A stretch of DNA of 64,000 bases from Mobula hypostoma (Eukaryota). Positions 52,801 to 64,000 of this stretch are shown one piece after another. The first letter of the stretch is position 1. Each line of letters begins with the position of its first letter. The position numbers were made by a program, and so were the translations under genes. Location of the stretch: positions 81,718,001-81,782,000 of the forward strand of contig NC_086108.1 in the NCBI RefSeq assembly GCF_963921235.1, written 5' to 3'. The notes beneath the pieces are model-generated. The model was not told the DNA's origin. It searched no databases and saw nothing but the letters and a program-made list of their open reading frames with translations.

Positions 52801-55800
52801 TTACAGAATTACATATTTACAATATGTACAATGTTTACAATAATATTAGCAGAGCCTCTTTGAATATTAAATACTGATGTCTGTTCCAAAAGCCAGGCAC
52901 CCAAAATATACCTCTTTGGTTTCAGTGTTGAGGGTGGTTCCATGAATGTACAACTACAGTGCCAAAATAAATGTCCACATCTAACTTTCATAATTCTCTA
53001 TACTGGTGTCTGTGTAATTTTCCTCATAAAATAAGATGTGCATTGTTGGGTCAGTTAAGGATTATTCTGGGGTTATGAAATTCTGGATAGCATGATTATG
53101 GATCAACTAAAATGAGAATCAGTTTCAGAAAATAACGACACGTGATTTCCAGCATTTGCAAAACCTCGTGTTCATGAGATAAAAACTTTACACTATTTAA
53201 CTTCCATCTGATACTTTGTGGCTAGTGGTGTGGGGCTTTCTCAGTCCCATGGAAGCTACATAGGGAAGCACAATGAATGAATGTTCCTTCTGTTATCACA
53301 TTATTAAATGTGTATCCCTGCCACTTTCAGGACAGATACGTTTTGTCCTTCCCGCGCCCCCCCCCCCCTTTGTTGTTGCTATGTGGGAAGTCCAGATGTT
53401 CTTTTAGCATGCTTCTGAGAGGCAAAAGGTTGAATCTCTAGATTTAACTAGAGATTCAACTTCTGCCTTTCAGGAGCATACTAAAAGAACATATGGCTGC
53501 CGTTTTCCTGTCTGACAGTTTGCCACAAGGGTGTTCTTTCTCAGTATTTGCTGCCTTGTCAGATGTTTGTAAACTGTACAAGTGATTTTAAATTCCTGTC
53601 TTCTAGAGATTGGTGACCATTCCAGAACTTCTCTCTGCTATCAAACTTCTGTGCATGCGCTTTCAGCCTGCGTTGGTAACTGTGGTTGATGACCTCCGAT
53701 TAGACATTCTCCTACGTATGCTGAAAACTCCTCACTTTAGTGCAAAAATGAACTCATTGAAGGAGGTAAATTAATCTTGTGCAAATATGTTTATCTTTGA
53801 TGGCTCTTGGTCTTGTCTATTACTGAACAATGGCTGGAAGTTTGAACCACTGTTCGTGGTGATAAATTGACAAGTAATTCAACATTGGTCTTTGAAATTT
53901 GTACCTTTCTGTTAATTGCAAACCTTAACTACTATATACAGTATATGCCATTATTGTGCCTATTTGGTGATGACAATAAATACATTTTATAAACATAATG
54001 CACAGACTGCCAAATATTTGATCAAACGTAGGAAGACAATTGATAGTTAAATAGTCTGTTTAACTGGAGGCATCCCTTCAGATGCATTTAGGTCATTTAA
54101 GATGAGGCTTGGAAAATTCTCTCGCTCTAAGAGAAAGTGCACATAGTTTTCTAGATAGGGGGACTTCTCATATAAGGTATAAATCCCGTACTTTTGAAAG
54201 CAGGTTTAGCACAAGAAGTATGAGTTAACAGATTTGTCTTCTCAGTACTTATGCCTTCTATATTCTGATTTTAGAAACATAGAAAACCTACAGCACAGTA
54301 CAGGCTCTTTGGTCCACAAAGCTGTGTGAACATGTCCTTACCTCAGAAATTACCCATAGCCCTCTATTTTTCTGAGCTCCATGTACCTGTCCAGGAGTCT
54401 CTTAAAAGACCCTATTGTATCTGCCTCCACCACTGTCGCCGGCAGCCCATTCCACGCACTCACCACTCTCTGCGTTTTTAAAAAAAAACTTACCCCTGAC
54501 ATCTCCTCTGTACCTACTTCCAAGCACCTTAAAACTGTGCCCTCTAATATTAGCCATTTCAGCCCTGGAAAAAAGCCTCTGACTGTCCACACGATCAATG
54601 CCTCTCATCACCTTATATACCTTTATCAAGTCACCTCTCATTCTCCGTCGCTCCAAGGAAAAAAGGCCGAATTCACTCAACCTATTCTCATAAGGCATGC
54701 TCCCCAATCCAGGCAACATCCTTGTTAATCTCCTCTGCACCCTTTCTATGGTTTCCACATCCTTCCTGTGGTGAGGTGACTAGAACTGAGCACAGTACTC
54801 CAAGTGTGGCCTGACCAGGGTCCTAAATAGCTGCAACATTACCTCTCGGCTCCTGAACTCAATCCCATGATTGGTGAAGGCCAATGCACTGTATGCTTGC
54901 TTAACCACAGAGTCAACCTGTGCAGAAGCTTTGAATGCCCTATGGACTAGGACCCTAAGATTCCTCTGATCCTCCACACTGCCAAGAGTCTTACCATTAA
55001 TACTATATTCTGCCATCATATTTGATCTACCAAAATGAACCACCTCACACTTATCTGGATTGAACTCCATCTGCCAATTCTCAGCCCAGTTTTGCATCCT
55101 ATCAATGTCCCGTTGTAACCTATGACAGCCCTCCATACTATCTACAACACCCCCAACCTTTGTGTCATCAGCAAATTTACTAACCCATCCCTCCACTTCC
55201 TCATCTAGGTCACTTATAAAAATCACGAAGAGCAGGGATCCCAGAACAGATTCCTGAGGCACACCACTGGTGACCAACCTCCGTGCAGAGTATGACCTGT
55301 CTACAACCACTCTTTGCCTTCTGTCGGCAAGCCAGATCTGGATCAACAAAGCAATGTCCCCTTAGATCCCATGCCTCCTTACTTTCTCAATAAGCCTTAC
55401 ATAGGGTACCTTATCAAATGCCTTGCTCAAATCCATGTACACTACATCTACTGCTCTACCTTCATCAATGTGTTTAGTCACATTCTTAAAAAAATTCAGT
55501 CAGTCTCGTAAGGCACGACCTGCATTTGACAAAGCCATGCTGACTATTCGTGATCATATTTTGCCTCTCCAAATGTTTATAAATCCTGCCTCTCAGGATC
55601 TTCTCCCTCAACTTACCAACCACTGAAGTAAGACTTACTGGTCTGTAATTTCCTGGGCTATTTCTACTCCCTTTCTTGAATAATGGAACAACATCCGCAA
55701 CCCTGCAATCCTCTGGAACCTCTCCCGTCCCCACTGATGAAGCAAAGATCATTGCCAGAGGCTCAGTAATCTCCTCCCTTGCCTCCCACGGTAGCCTGGG

Positions 55801-58800
55801 GTACATCTCATCCGGTCCTGGTGACTTGTCCAACTTGATGCTTTCCAAAGCTCCAGGACATCCTCCCTCTTAATGTCTATATGCTCAAGCTTTTCAGTCT
55901 GCTGTAAGTCATCCCTAGAATCGTCAAGATCCTTTTCTGTAGTGAATACTGAAGCAAAGTATTTATTAAATACCTCTGCTATCTCCTCCGGTTCCATACA
56001 CACTTTTCCACTGTCACACTTGATTGGTCCTGTTCTCTCACGTCTTATCCTCTTGCCCTTCACATATTTGTAGAATGCGTTAGGGTTTTCCTTAATCCTG
56101 TCTGCCAAGGCCTTCTCATGACCCCTTCTGGCTCTCCTAATTTCTTAAGCTCCTTCCTGCTAGCCTTATAATTTTCTAGATCTCTATCATTACCTAATTT
56201 TTTGAACCTTTTGTAAGCTCTTTTCCCCTTGACTAGATTTACACCAGCCTTTGTACATCACAGTTCCTGTACCCTACAATTCTTTCCCTGTCTTATTGGA
56301 ACATAATCTATGCACAACCCCAGGCAAATATCCCCTGAACGTTTGCCTCATTTCTTCTGTACATTTCTACATTTTTGTCAACAAAAATAAGTGTTTCTCA
56401 TTTTATCAATGAGAATCACCAAATTGCCTATTGGTATATTATTGGAATTTGTACTTCATTGATATTTATGTAGATTAATGCTCACAAACTAGCAGTAGAA
56501 TTGATATTAAATAACAATGCAGCATGATTTTTGTCTGCCTCTTGAGGCGCTGTTTAATTTTTGACCCCTTCTATCAACAGAAAAAGTTATTTGGAGAAAA
56601 TTTTATTCAGAAATGACCTGTTTATTTTTAATTTATCCTTTAGGTTACTAAATTGATTGAGGACAGTACCTTATCAAAGTCCGTGAAGAATGCAATTGAT
56701 ACAGACAGATTATTGGACTGGCTAGTGGAAAACTCTGTACTATCAATAGCACTTGAAGGTACAACAGATTTAACTGTTTACTATAATGACAAATTAGACC
56801 AGGGGTTCCCAACCTGGGGTTCCACAGACTCCTTGATTAATGGTAGGGGTTCATGGCATAAAAAGGTTAGGAAATCCTGATTTAGAGGGATGATCAACTT
56901 CCAGGCACTGCTCCAACTCCAGTTGCTCCGACTACTTAGATCGGTATTGAGACAGTCATTGAGGTTAATTTGAACAGCTTTTTTAAAAAAGGATGTGACT
57001 TTGAAAGGTACAGATATCTGCATGCATTAACAGTAAGTGGTTTGGAAAATACTGATTCCCAAGATAATGACCATTAATTACAGTTTGTATTCTCAATCAA
57101 AAATAGAAAGTTAGAGTGGCCTACCTTCTGCAGTAAGAATTGTACGATGTTGATGTATGGACTTCTCCTAATTCAGTAAGATGGTGTATACAAGGATTGA
57201 TATATTGGCCTGGATTTTGCACTCACTGGTGATCTTACAATGCAAGTCATGATCTTAAAGAAAGCTGCCCACAAAAATGTAACAATTCTTTGGCAGACTT
57301 GCCCAGTTCAAGTGTCAAGTTGCTGTCTTGTCTCATTTCAAAGAGATCCTTGGCATCCAAAGCCATAATCAGAAATGTCATTGAAGAATCATCACAGAGA
57401 GCAAACCTGACACCACGAGGACACAAGTGTTAGATAATGCTGCAGAAGTACAAAATTAGTTTTTTTTTAACCCATACAAACTTGTGTGGTCAACCCCCAA
57501 CCCCAGCTCATACTTTTCCAAATATATCTATCACTGAGGAACAAATCATTGCCTGTAAGAATAGGATAATTAGTTTCCAGATCAATTATGTTAAATGGCT
57601 CCCTACTGTGTACTGTTCAATAGAGAGCGGTCCCTGTTTACGTAGCTACACTTACTGATCTTATTGTTGCTTGCAAATTTTCAGTATGTTCAGTAATAAT
57701 GTATTAGTTAATATGATTTTCTTTAGGTACTTAAGCATTTTAATATGGTTATTAATGTGTGTTAATGATGTTAGAATGTTATTTATTTTGGGTGCAAAGT
57801 GTTTTGATTTCAAAGGAGAGGGCCTTGGTGTTATCAGGATTTTTCTCCACAGGGAGTCCATGCCTTATCCTTGCAAATGATAAGGATTTAGTTTAGTTTA
57901 GTAAAAATCTTAGCACTTGGCATACATACAATATTTCAGTTAGTTGTTTTATAAATAATTTTATAAACACCCAAATAAATTTAGAGTCATGATTTAATAA
58001 GAAGAGGAGGATGCAAACATTGACAGATTTGTGATTTTTACATCAAATGATGCATTTGCGAAAAATTTCAGTTAGTATCCATTGCTATGTACAAAGCTAT
58101 TGAATACTGATTGTTTTCACACAATAACTGTTGAAAAAAAATTGCTATTAGGATTTCCCTTCTTAATGGGAAGGTAAAAGGCACTTATTATTGATAGATT
58201 CCTGATTGGTCAGGGCACAAAGGGAAATGGGGAGAAGGCAGAAGATTGAGGCTGTGAGGAAAAAATGGGTCTGCCATGATGAAATGATGGAGCAGACTCG
58301 ATGGACCAAATGGCCTAATTCTGATCCTATGTCTTATTATTGTACTTTTTTCATTGCCCCTTGGAAGAAAAAAAAGGACGTTAGATGATGTCTTGTAGCT
58401 CCTTCCTCTCTATATGAGGGACACTATAGTGGCAGCCAAATTCCACAAAATTGTGCATCTTTGTGACACATGTTGTCGCCGCAGATGTTAGAAAAAGACA
58501 TGCTTTACCTGTTTCGTTTATGGCTGGAGAGCAAGGGTTGAAGTGCATTCTGGTGAAAGGAGGTCCCATAGTACTGTTGCCAGAATTACAAGTCACCTTT
58601 AATAATTGAGTTCTTTTTACTTAGCAATATTCTGAAGGCTATTTGGTGATTGAACTGATGTGTGCCTTTCAGTGATTGGAGGATAAATGTGCTTGGTTAG
58701 GTGTTGAAGCATTTTTTGGATTTGATCCATTTGAATGTTCTTTTTGTGCCATTTTCAGCAAACCATACTTTTATTCAATTTCTGCAGGAAATATTGATCA

Positions 58801-61800
58801 AGCACAATACTGTGATAGAATAAAGGGAATAATTGAACTGCTGGGCAGTAAACTCTCTCTTGATGAACTTACCAAGATCTGGCGCATTCAGGTATGGTAT
58901 GGGATTACTGCAACACAGTGGTAAATTACTGGACTAGGATTCTTGACAATATGAGTTTATAGTTTGAAGAAGTGAGTTTGTCACACTGTGGCAGCTATGG
59001 AGTTTCTTATTTATGAAGTAGCTCAAAAATGGTTCATATTGTTAATTGTGACCATGACATTTTGGATTGCTGTAAAATGAGAAGATTGATTTAATTTTCA
59101 CAATAGCCCCAAATCACTATAAGTAGCCTTAGGGTTTTACTGTCTTTGTTGCATTGCCCAGATCTCTTGAATACGCTTAAAAAATACTGAGTAGTAAAGG
59201 TTACTTATTATTGCTTTTAAGTGAGGGAGAGTTTTATTTTGGTTAAAAATGTTAAAAATCTAACAATTTAAACATTTTGAAATCATTGTACACAAGTCAT
59301 ATTTTATTACTGAACTTGCTATGTAGAAAAGATTTAAATGATGAAAATGCAACATACTATATGTTTTTATGAAGTGTTATTGAAAGTGGCTGAATACATT
59401 GGTATTGTGGGAGTTTGCATGGTGAGTTAAATCGAAAAGGAATTAGTATGAAAATGCTTAAAATGGTACGTATGGTCCTTTTTATGCACACTACTGGTAC
59501 TATATATCTTTGAGGGCAACATGAGCAGAGCAATATATGTAAAGGGCAGTTAATGCATTCAAGTAAGATGCAATGTTACTTGAACACTAGGATATTTACA
59601 GTTTTCTGTGGTTTATATCAAGTCAGGACAATCTTCAACTGTCATTGAAAATATCCACACCATTATTGCTGCTGCTGCCGCCAAGTTCAGCTATGATCAA
59701 CTGAACCATCTCTTTATCTTAATACAGAAGGTAAGTGACCATTGCTATTTCACATCCCAGCAAATCAAATACAAAACAATTTACCTTACTGAGATGTTAT
59801 GATCCTTGTCATCTTTCATGCTATTAGTGTTCATTGCACTAGGTTACAGCCCCTATTTTCGTTCTCTTTTGGCATCATTTGAGTTGTACTATAACTAAAT
59901 AAATTCAGAAAATAAATTTTATAGTATTTTGTATAGCATTATTTGGAAACTGTGTATGATACTTTCTTGGTTACTAATTGTACTATCATCTTTATGGCTT
60001 TTTGTCGTCCTTTTCAAGAGAAAATATAGCAAGTCAGGTAGAAAACTGAAAAACAGGACCTTCAGGGTAGTAATCTCTGGATTGCTGCCTGTGCCATGTG
60101 CCAGTGAGGGCAAGAACAGTATGATTTGGCAGGTGAATGCGTGGCTGAGTAACTGATGCAGGGAGCAGTGTTTCAGATTTCTGGATCATTGGGATCTCTT
60201 CTGGGAAAGGTATTTGTACAAAAAGGACAGGTTATACCTGAACCTGAGGGGTCTGATATCCTTGCGCTCAGGTTTACTAGAGCTGTTGGGGAGGATTTAA
60301 ACTAATTTGGCAGAGGTAAGGAACTGGCGTGCTGCTGTGTGGCCAAGTGGTTAAGGCATTCGCCTAGTGATCTGAAGGTCGCTATTTTGAGCCTTGGCTG
60401 AGGCAACGTGTTGTGTCCTTGAGCAAGGTACTTAACCACACATTGCTCTGCGACGACAGTGGTGCCAAGCTGTATGGGTCCTAATGCCCTTCCCTTGGAC
60501 AACATCGGTGGCGTGGAGAGAAGAGACTTGCAGCATGGGCAACTGCTGGTCTTCCATACAACCTTGCCTAGGCCTGCGCCCTGGAAATCTTCCAAGGCGC
60601 AAATCCATGGTCTTACGAGACTAACGGATGCCTATAATAAGGAACCGGAATGATAGGGCTAAGGATGGGCCAGTTGGTATACAAGTAGATGCAGTGTGTT
60701 GAGAGACCGTGAGGAAGGACAGATAAATAATGGGGCAAAATTGAGGTTAGTGGGATCAGTTGAAGTGTAACATGGGGAAAAATTAAAAAGGCTGATGAAT
60801 ACAGGACTGACTGTGTTATATTTGAATTCTTAGAGTATACTGAATAAGGTAGGTGATATTGTAGCACAATTAGAGATTGGCAGGTACAACATGGTGGGCA
60901 TCACTGAGTCGTGGCTGAAAGAAGATTGTGGTTGGGAGCTTAACATCTGAGGATACACATTGTATCGAAAGGACAGATAGATAGGCAGGGGGAGTGAAGT
61001 GGCTCTAGTTTTAAAAAAATTAAATCATATCCTTAGAAAGACGTGACATAGGATAAGAAGTTGCAGATTCTTTGTGAGTAGAGTTAAGAAACTGCAAGGT
61101 AAAAAGACCCTGATGAGAGCTGTAACCAGGTCTCTGAACACTAACCAGGATGTGGGATAGAAATTACAATGGAAGATAGAAAAGGCATGTAAAAAGTACA
61201 ATTTTATGATAGTTATGGGGGATTTCAATATGCAATATTCAGTATTGGGAAAATCAAGTTGGTATCGGATCCAGGAGAGGAAATTTGTAGAATGCCTACG
61301 AGATGGCTTTTTTGAGCAGCTTATGATTGAGAATACTAGGGGAAAGGCAATTCTCAATTGAGTGTTGTGTAATGAACCAGATTTGATGAGGGAACCTGAG
61401 GGAAAGGAACCCAAAGGAGGCAGTGATCATAATACAATAGAATTCACTCCTCAGTTTGAGGGGTACAAGATAATGTCAGAGGTTGCAGTATTATAGTGGA
61501 GTAAAGGAAATTACGGAGGTATGAGAGAGGAGCTGGCCAAAGTTGATTGGAAGGGGACACTAGCAGGGATGATGAAAGGACAGCAATGGCAAAAGTATCT
61601 GGGAGCAATTTGGAAGGCATAGGATAGATACATCCCAAAGATGACAAAGTATTCTAAAGGGAATATGATGCAACTGTGGCTGATAAGGGAAGTCAAAAAC
61701 AGCATAAAAGCAAAAGAGAGGGCAAATAGCTAAAATTAGTGGGAAGCTAAAGGATTGTGAAGCTTTTAAAAACAATAGTAGGCAACTAAAAATACCATAA

Positions 61801-63930
61801 GGAAAGAAAAGATGAAATATGAAGATAGGCTACCCAGTTATGGAAAAGAAGACACCAAAAGTCTTCTCAAATACTGTATATAAAGAGTAAATGAGGTGAG
61901 AATAGATATCGGACCACTGGAAAATTATGCGGGAGAGGTAGTAAGGGTGGTGGTGGAGTGGGGGGGGGGTGGTGGGAAGAACAAAGAAATGGAAGATGAA
62001 CTTAAGTATTTTGATTTAGTCTTCACTATGGAAGACTAGTGGTATGCCAGAAATTGGAGAGTGTCAGGGGCAGAAGTGAGTGTAGTTGCTATTACTAAGC
62101 AGAGAAGGTGCTTTGGAAGCTAAAAGGCCTGAAGGTAGGTAAGTCACCTGGATCAGATGGATTACACTCCAGGATTCTGAAAGAGGTAGCTGAAGTGATT
62201 GTGGAGGCATTAGTAATGATCTTTCAAGAATCACTAGATTTTGGAATAGTTCTAGAGGACTGGAAAATTGAAAATATCACTCCACTCTTTAACAAGGGAG
62301 GGAGGTAGAAGAAAAGAGATTATAGGCCAGTTAGCCTGGCTTCAGTGATTGTGAAAATGTTGGAGTCCATTATTAGGGATGATGTTTTAGGGTACTTGGA
62401 GGCACATGATAATATAGGCCAAAGTCAGCATGGTTTCCTCAAGGGAAACCATAACAAATCTGTTGGAATTATTTGAAGAAATAACGAGCAGGATAGACAA
62501 AGGAGAATCGGTTGATGTTGGATTTTAAGAAAGCCTTTGACAAGGTGCTACACATGAGGCTGCTTAACAAGTTATGAACCCATGGTATTACAGGAAAGAA
62601 GATTGACTGACTGACAGTAGGCAAAGAGTGGGAATAAAGGGAGCATTTTCTGGTTGGCTGCAAGTGACAAATGGTGTTCCACAGGGGTCAGTGTTTGGAT
62701 CACTTCTTTTCACGTATGTCGGGATTTGGATGATGAAATTTGATGGCTTTGTGGTCAAGATTGCAGACGACACAAAGATAAGTGGATTCTGCTGAAGGAC
62801 TAGATTGTGAGAATGGGCAAACAAGTGGCAGATGGAATACAATGTCAGGAAGTGTATGGTCATGCACTTTGGTAAAACGAATAGAGGCATAGACTATTTT
62901 CTAAACGGGGAGAAAATTCAAAAATCAGAGGTGCAAAGGGACTTGGGAGTCCTTGTACAGGATTTGCTAATGGTTAACTTGCAGGTTGAGTTGGTAGTAA
63001 GGAAGGCAAGTGCAATATAGTATTGTGAGCAGTGCAGTTTTGGGCCCGTTATATAAGAAAAGATGTGCTCGCATTGCAAAGGGTCCAGAGGAGGTTCACA
63101 AGATTGATTCCAGGAATTAAAGTGTAAACGTACTCTATTAGTAGCATATGATGGCCCTGGCCCTGTACTCACTGGAGTTTAGAAATATAAGGGGAGGTGG
63201 GGTGTTCTCATTGAAACGTATTGAATAATGAAAGACCTAGATAGAGTGGATGTTGGGAGGATGTTACCTATAGTAGATGTGCCTAGGACCAGAGGGCACA
63301 GCCTCAGAATAGAGGGATATCCATTAAGAAAAGAGCTGAGGAGGAATTTCTTCTGCTTGAGGGTAATAATTCTCTGGAATTCATTGCCACAGATGGCTGT
63401 AGAGTCCGAATATTTGAGTACATTTAAAGTGGAGGTTGATAGGTTCTTGATTTAGTCAGGTTGTCAAATGTTACGGAGAGAAGACGGGAGAATAGTATTG
63501 AAAGGAATAATATATCAGCCATGGTGAATGGCAGAGCAGACTCGATGGGCTGAATGACCTGTTTATGCTCCTATGCCCTATGGTCTTATCTCATGGTATT
63601 GTTGAAGAGCACATTTGCATCTGCGGTGGAGGGAGATATTTTGTCCATGTTTGAACCGTTTGCTAGAAAGTTTTGAAAAGCATTTTTGAACTGAGAAAAT
63701 CATAACTGCTTGTCAGTGAGTTTTATTTAGTGAGTAAGGACTAATCGACTGCACTTTCTGATATTTGCCATTGTTTGCTGTTGATTGAGAACTATTTTAG
63801 ATCCCTTTGTAAGCGTTCCTTACTGTTTCTTTAGAGTTGGGAAATAGAGAGTGACCGTATTAGACAAAAACTTCTCAGCCTTATTGGAAAAATTGGCCGT
63901 GAAGCACGTTCTGAGAGTACCACAGGAAAG
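31718..63930 (+). CDS. USP24: Ubiquitin carboxyl-terminal hydrolase 24, partial (13 exons, probably exons 2-14; exon 1 and the catalytic domain are outside the window)
   Basis: Exons 31718-31883, 36974-37041, 37437-37580, 39897-40019, 44029-44064, 48202-48267, 51506-51571, 51771-51845, 53607-53765, 56644-56758, 58788-58891, 59623-59730 and 63835-63930 are all AG/GT bounded. They total 1326 nt in one frame, colinear with recalled human USP24. Confidence 0.97.
33730..36350 (-). mobile_element. Cluster of nested CR1 fragments, including ORF1 esterase-like remnants
   Basis: Peptides [21 protein letters not shown]...KFADD, LYKALVRPHFKYWEQFWAP and VAVHVGTNDIGS. CR1 3' tails lie at about 33730 and 34860. 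Confidence 0.8.
36974..37041 (+). CDS. USP24: USP24 exon (68 nt)
   Basis: ttgcag|(G)LADADENCKRFIDRCMPEAFKK|gtaaaa. Confidence 0.96.
37437..37580 (+). CDS. USP24: USP24 exon (144 nt)
   Basis: ctgcag|LLTSSAVHKWGTEIHEGIYNMVMLLVDLVAARVKQDPIPISLMGVLTM|gtaggt. Confidence 0.97.
38060..38810 (-). mobile_element. Rex1/Babar-like LINE 3' fragment inserted in an old CR1
   Basis: Peptides HSLFSLLPAGRRYKSLKACTIRLKDCFCP and DHKKLQRIVDTTQHVTG. CR1-like sequence flanks both sides. Confidence 0.7.
39897..40019 (+). CDS. USP24: USP24 exon (123 nt)
   Basis: ttccag|AFNPGNEYHFKNRMKMCQRNWADVFGDGKMYAISPPANLQK|gtgagt. Confidence 0.97.
40570..41520 (+). mobile_element. Two CR1 3' fragments in tandem
   Basis: gagaggagatttgatagaggt...aggggaaacttcttt...agagggtcatgagagtgtggaacgag blocks shared with other CR1 copies in the window. 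Confidence 0.75.
42223..43082 (-). mobile_element. Solo LTR (860 bp) with a 4-bp TSD
   Basis: aata|TGTTACG...CGTCACA|aata with inverted ends. CpG-rich interior. On the - strand there is a TATA-like GATAAAAA at about 42850 and AATAAA at 42306-42311. Confidence 0.85.
44029..44064 (+). CDS. USP24: USP24 exon (36 nt)
   Basis: ttacag|EPHGWLIDLVNR|gtaggc. Confidence 0.95.
46151..47034 (+). mobile_element. Tigger/pogo-like non-autonomous DNA transposon with a small PLE-type insert at about 46315-46406
   Basis: TIRs cagtggattctggttaattgg / ccaattaaccggaatccgctg|TA. Colinear with the reverse complement of 873-2451. Confidence 0.75.
48202..48267 (+). CDS. USP24: USP24 exon (66 nt)
   Basis: ttctag|FGEMGGFSAIQLKLGAEDIETA|gtaagt. 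Confidence 0.95.
48690..49318 (+). mobile_element. Young CR1 3' fragment with an open C-terminal ORF2 frame
   Basis: ORF 48649-49218 SFINQSIEYSSWDVMLKLYRALVRPNLEYCVQFWSPNYRKD...; same tail as 30820-31345. Confidence 0.9.
49350..51350 (+). mobile_element. CR1 RT and 3' fragment interrupted by a Tc1 element
   Basis: Peptides WIQIWLAHRSQRVVVDG...SGVP, GPLLFVIFINDLD and LVKPHLKYCVQFWSP. The sequence rejoins across the Tc1 TA site. Confidence 0.85.
49712..50606 (-). mobile_element. Internally deleted Tc1 transposon retaining the transposase C-terminus
   Basis: TA|cagtggtttgcaaaagtttgggcacccc ... ggggtgcccaaacttttgcatgccactg|TA. ORF 49932-50375 has LQQDNDPKH...WPSQSPDLNIIENMW...KGGVTKY. An inner direct repeat lies at about 49907. 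Confidence 0.93.
51506..51571 (+). CDS. USP24: USP24 exon (66 nt)
   Basis: ttttag|AVSALVQPLSVCAEYLNPMVVQ|gtaagt. Confidence 0.96.
51771..51845 (+). CDS. USP24: USP24 exon (75 nt)
   Basis: ttgcag|PMLDPVIDKMIRYVQNLEEKDLKDK|gtattt. Confidence 0.96.
52305..52369. mobile_element. Tiny Tc1-type MITE (hairpin)
   Basis: TA|cagtactgtgcagaagtctt ... aagacctttgcacagtactg|TA. Confidence 0.7.
53607..53765 (+). CDS. USP24: USP24 exon (159 nt)
   Basis: ttctag|RLVTIPELLSAIKLLCMRFQPALVTVVDDLRLDILLRMLKTPHFSAKMNSLKE|gtaaat. Confidence 0.97.
54272..56365 (-). mobile_element. 5'-truncated CR1 LINE (RT domain and 3' end), relatively young
   Basis: Peptides KSPGPDEMYPR, NYRPVSLTSVVGK, GVPQESVLG...VSKFADDTK and LVRPHLEYCAQF. 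The tail is (ttctatgt)n-like. Confidence 0.9.
56644..56758 (+). CDS. USP24: USP24 exon (115 nt)
   Basis: ctttag|VTKLIEDSTLSKSVKNAIDTDRLLDWLVENSVLSIALE(G)|gtacaa. Confidence 0.97.
56800..56879. mobile_element. 80-bp hAT MITE
   Basis: caggggttcccaacct ... aggttaggaaatcctg with an imperfect 8-bp TSD (aattagac / atttagag). Confidence 0.65.
58788..58891 (+). CDS. USP24: USP24 exon (104 nt)
   Basis: ctgcag|(G)NIDQAQYCDRIKGIIELLGSKLSLDELTKIWRIQ|gtatgg. Confidence 0.97.
59623..59730 (+). CDS. USP24: USP24 exon (108 nt, AAG acceptor)
   Basis: atcaag|SGQSSTVIENIHTIIAAAAAKFSYDQLNHLFILIQK|gtaagt. Confidence 0.95.
60010..63590 (+). mobile_element. Long degraded CR1 LINE (ORF1 esterase-like end, endonuclease, RT, 3' tail)
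   Basis: RVVISGLLPVP...QVNAWL (ORF1), GITESWL and MGDFN (EN), KSPGSDGLHSRILKE, gcagacgacacaaag (ADDTK) and WQMEYNVRKC. Confidence 0.85.
60328..60637 (+). mobile_element. tRNA-derived SINE inserted in CR1
   Basis: Head gtggccaagtggttaaggc (A-box-like). Flanked by the near-perfect duplication taaggaac(t/c)gg at 60317-60327 and 60638-60648. Confidence 0.75.
63835..63930 (+). CDS. USP24: USP24 exon (96 nt)
   Basis: ctttag|SWEIESDRIRQKLLSLIGKIGREARSESTTGK|gtagga. Confidence 0.97.
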
Positions 63931-64000
63931 GTAGGAATTTGTGTTGAAGAACATGTTTGCTGCGTCATTTTGTTGCTACTTGAGGTTATATTTATAATTG

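Noticed and set aside
60328..60420. tRNA genes here and at about 23560-23642 and 32900-32975
   Set aside because: These are decayed A/B boxes followed by SINE bodies, and no complete cloverleaf is evident.
1..64000. CRISPR arrays, rRNA, prokaryotic operons
   Set aside because: No regularly spaced repeats or rRNA-like sequence were seen. The window is spliceosomal, TE-rich vertebrate DNA.

Overview
Vertebrate genomic DNA, by repeat content most likely a cartilaginous fish such as a ray (inference). The window lies inside the deubiquitinase gene USP24 on the + strand. The first 31.7 kb are the 3' part of intron 1. Thirteen GT-AG coding exons follow (probably exons 2-14, 1326 nt, 442 codons) and splice into one open frame. 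The introns are packed with CR1 and Rex1/Babar-like LINE fragments, Penelope pseudo-LTRs with minimal hammerhead ribozyme motifs, Tc1, Tigger and hAT DNA transposons, SINEs and a solo LTR. The standout is a nest at about 10.0-20.6 kb: a CR1 fragment holds a hAT element, which holds a short Gypsy LTR element, which holds a nearly intact full-length L1. In that Gypsy element the RT, RNase H and integrase core are replaced by about 460 bp of uninterrupted host coding sequence. This is a RABEP1 (Rabaptin-5) coiled-coil fragment with the C-terminal coiled coil of SH3KBP1 (CIN85) inserted inside it, joined in frame to the protease and the integrase tail. Protein identities come from recalled human sequences; no database search was run.
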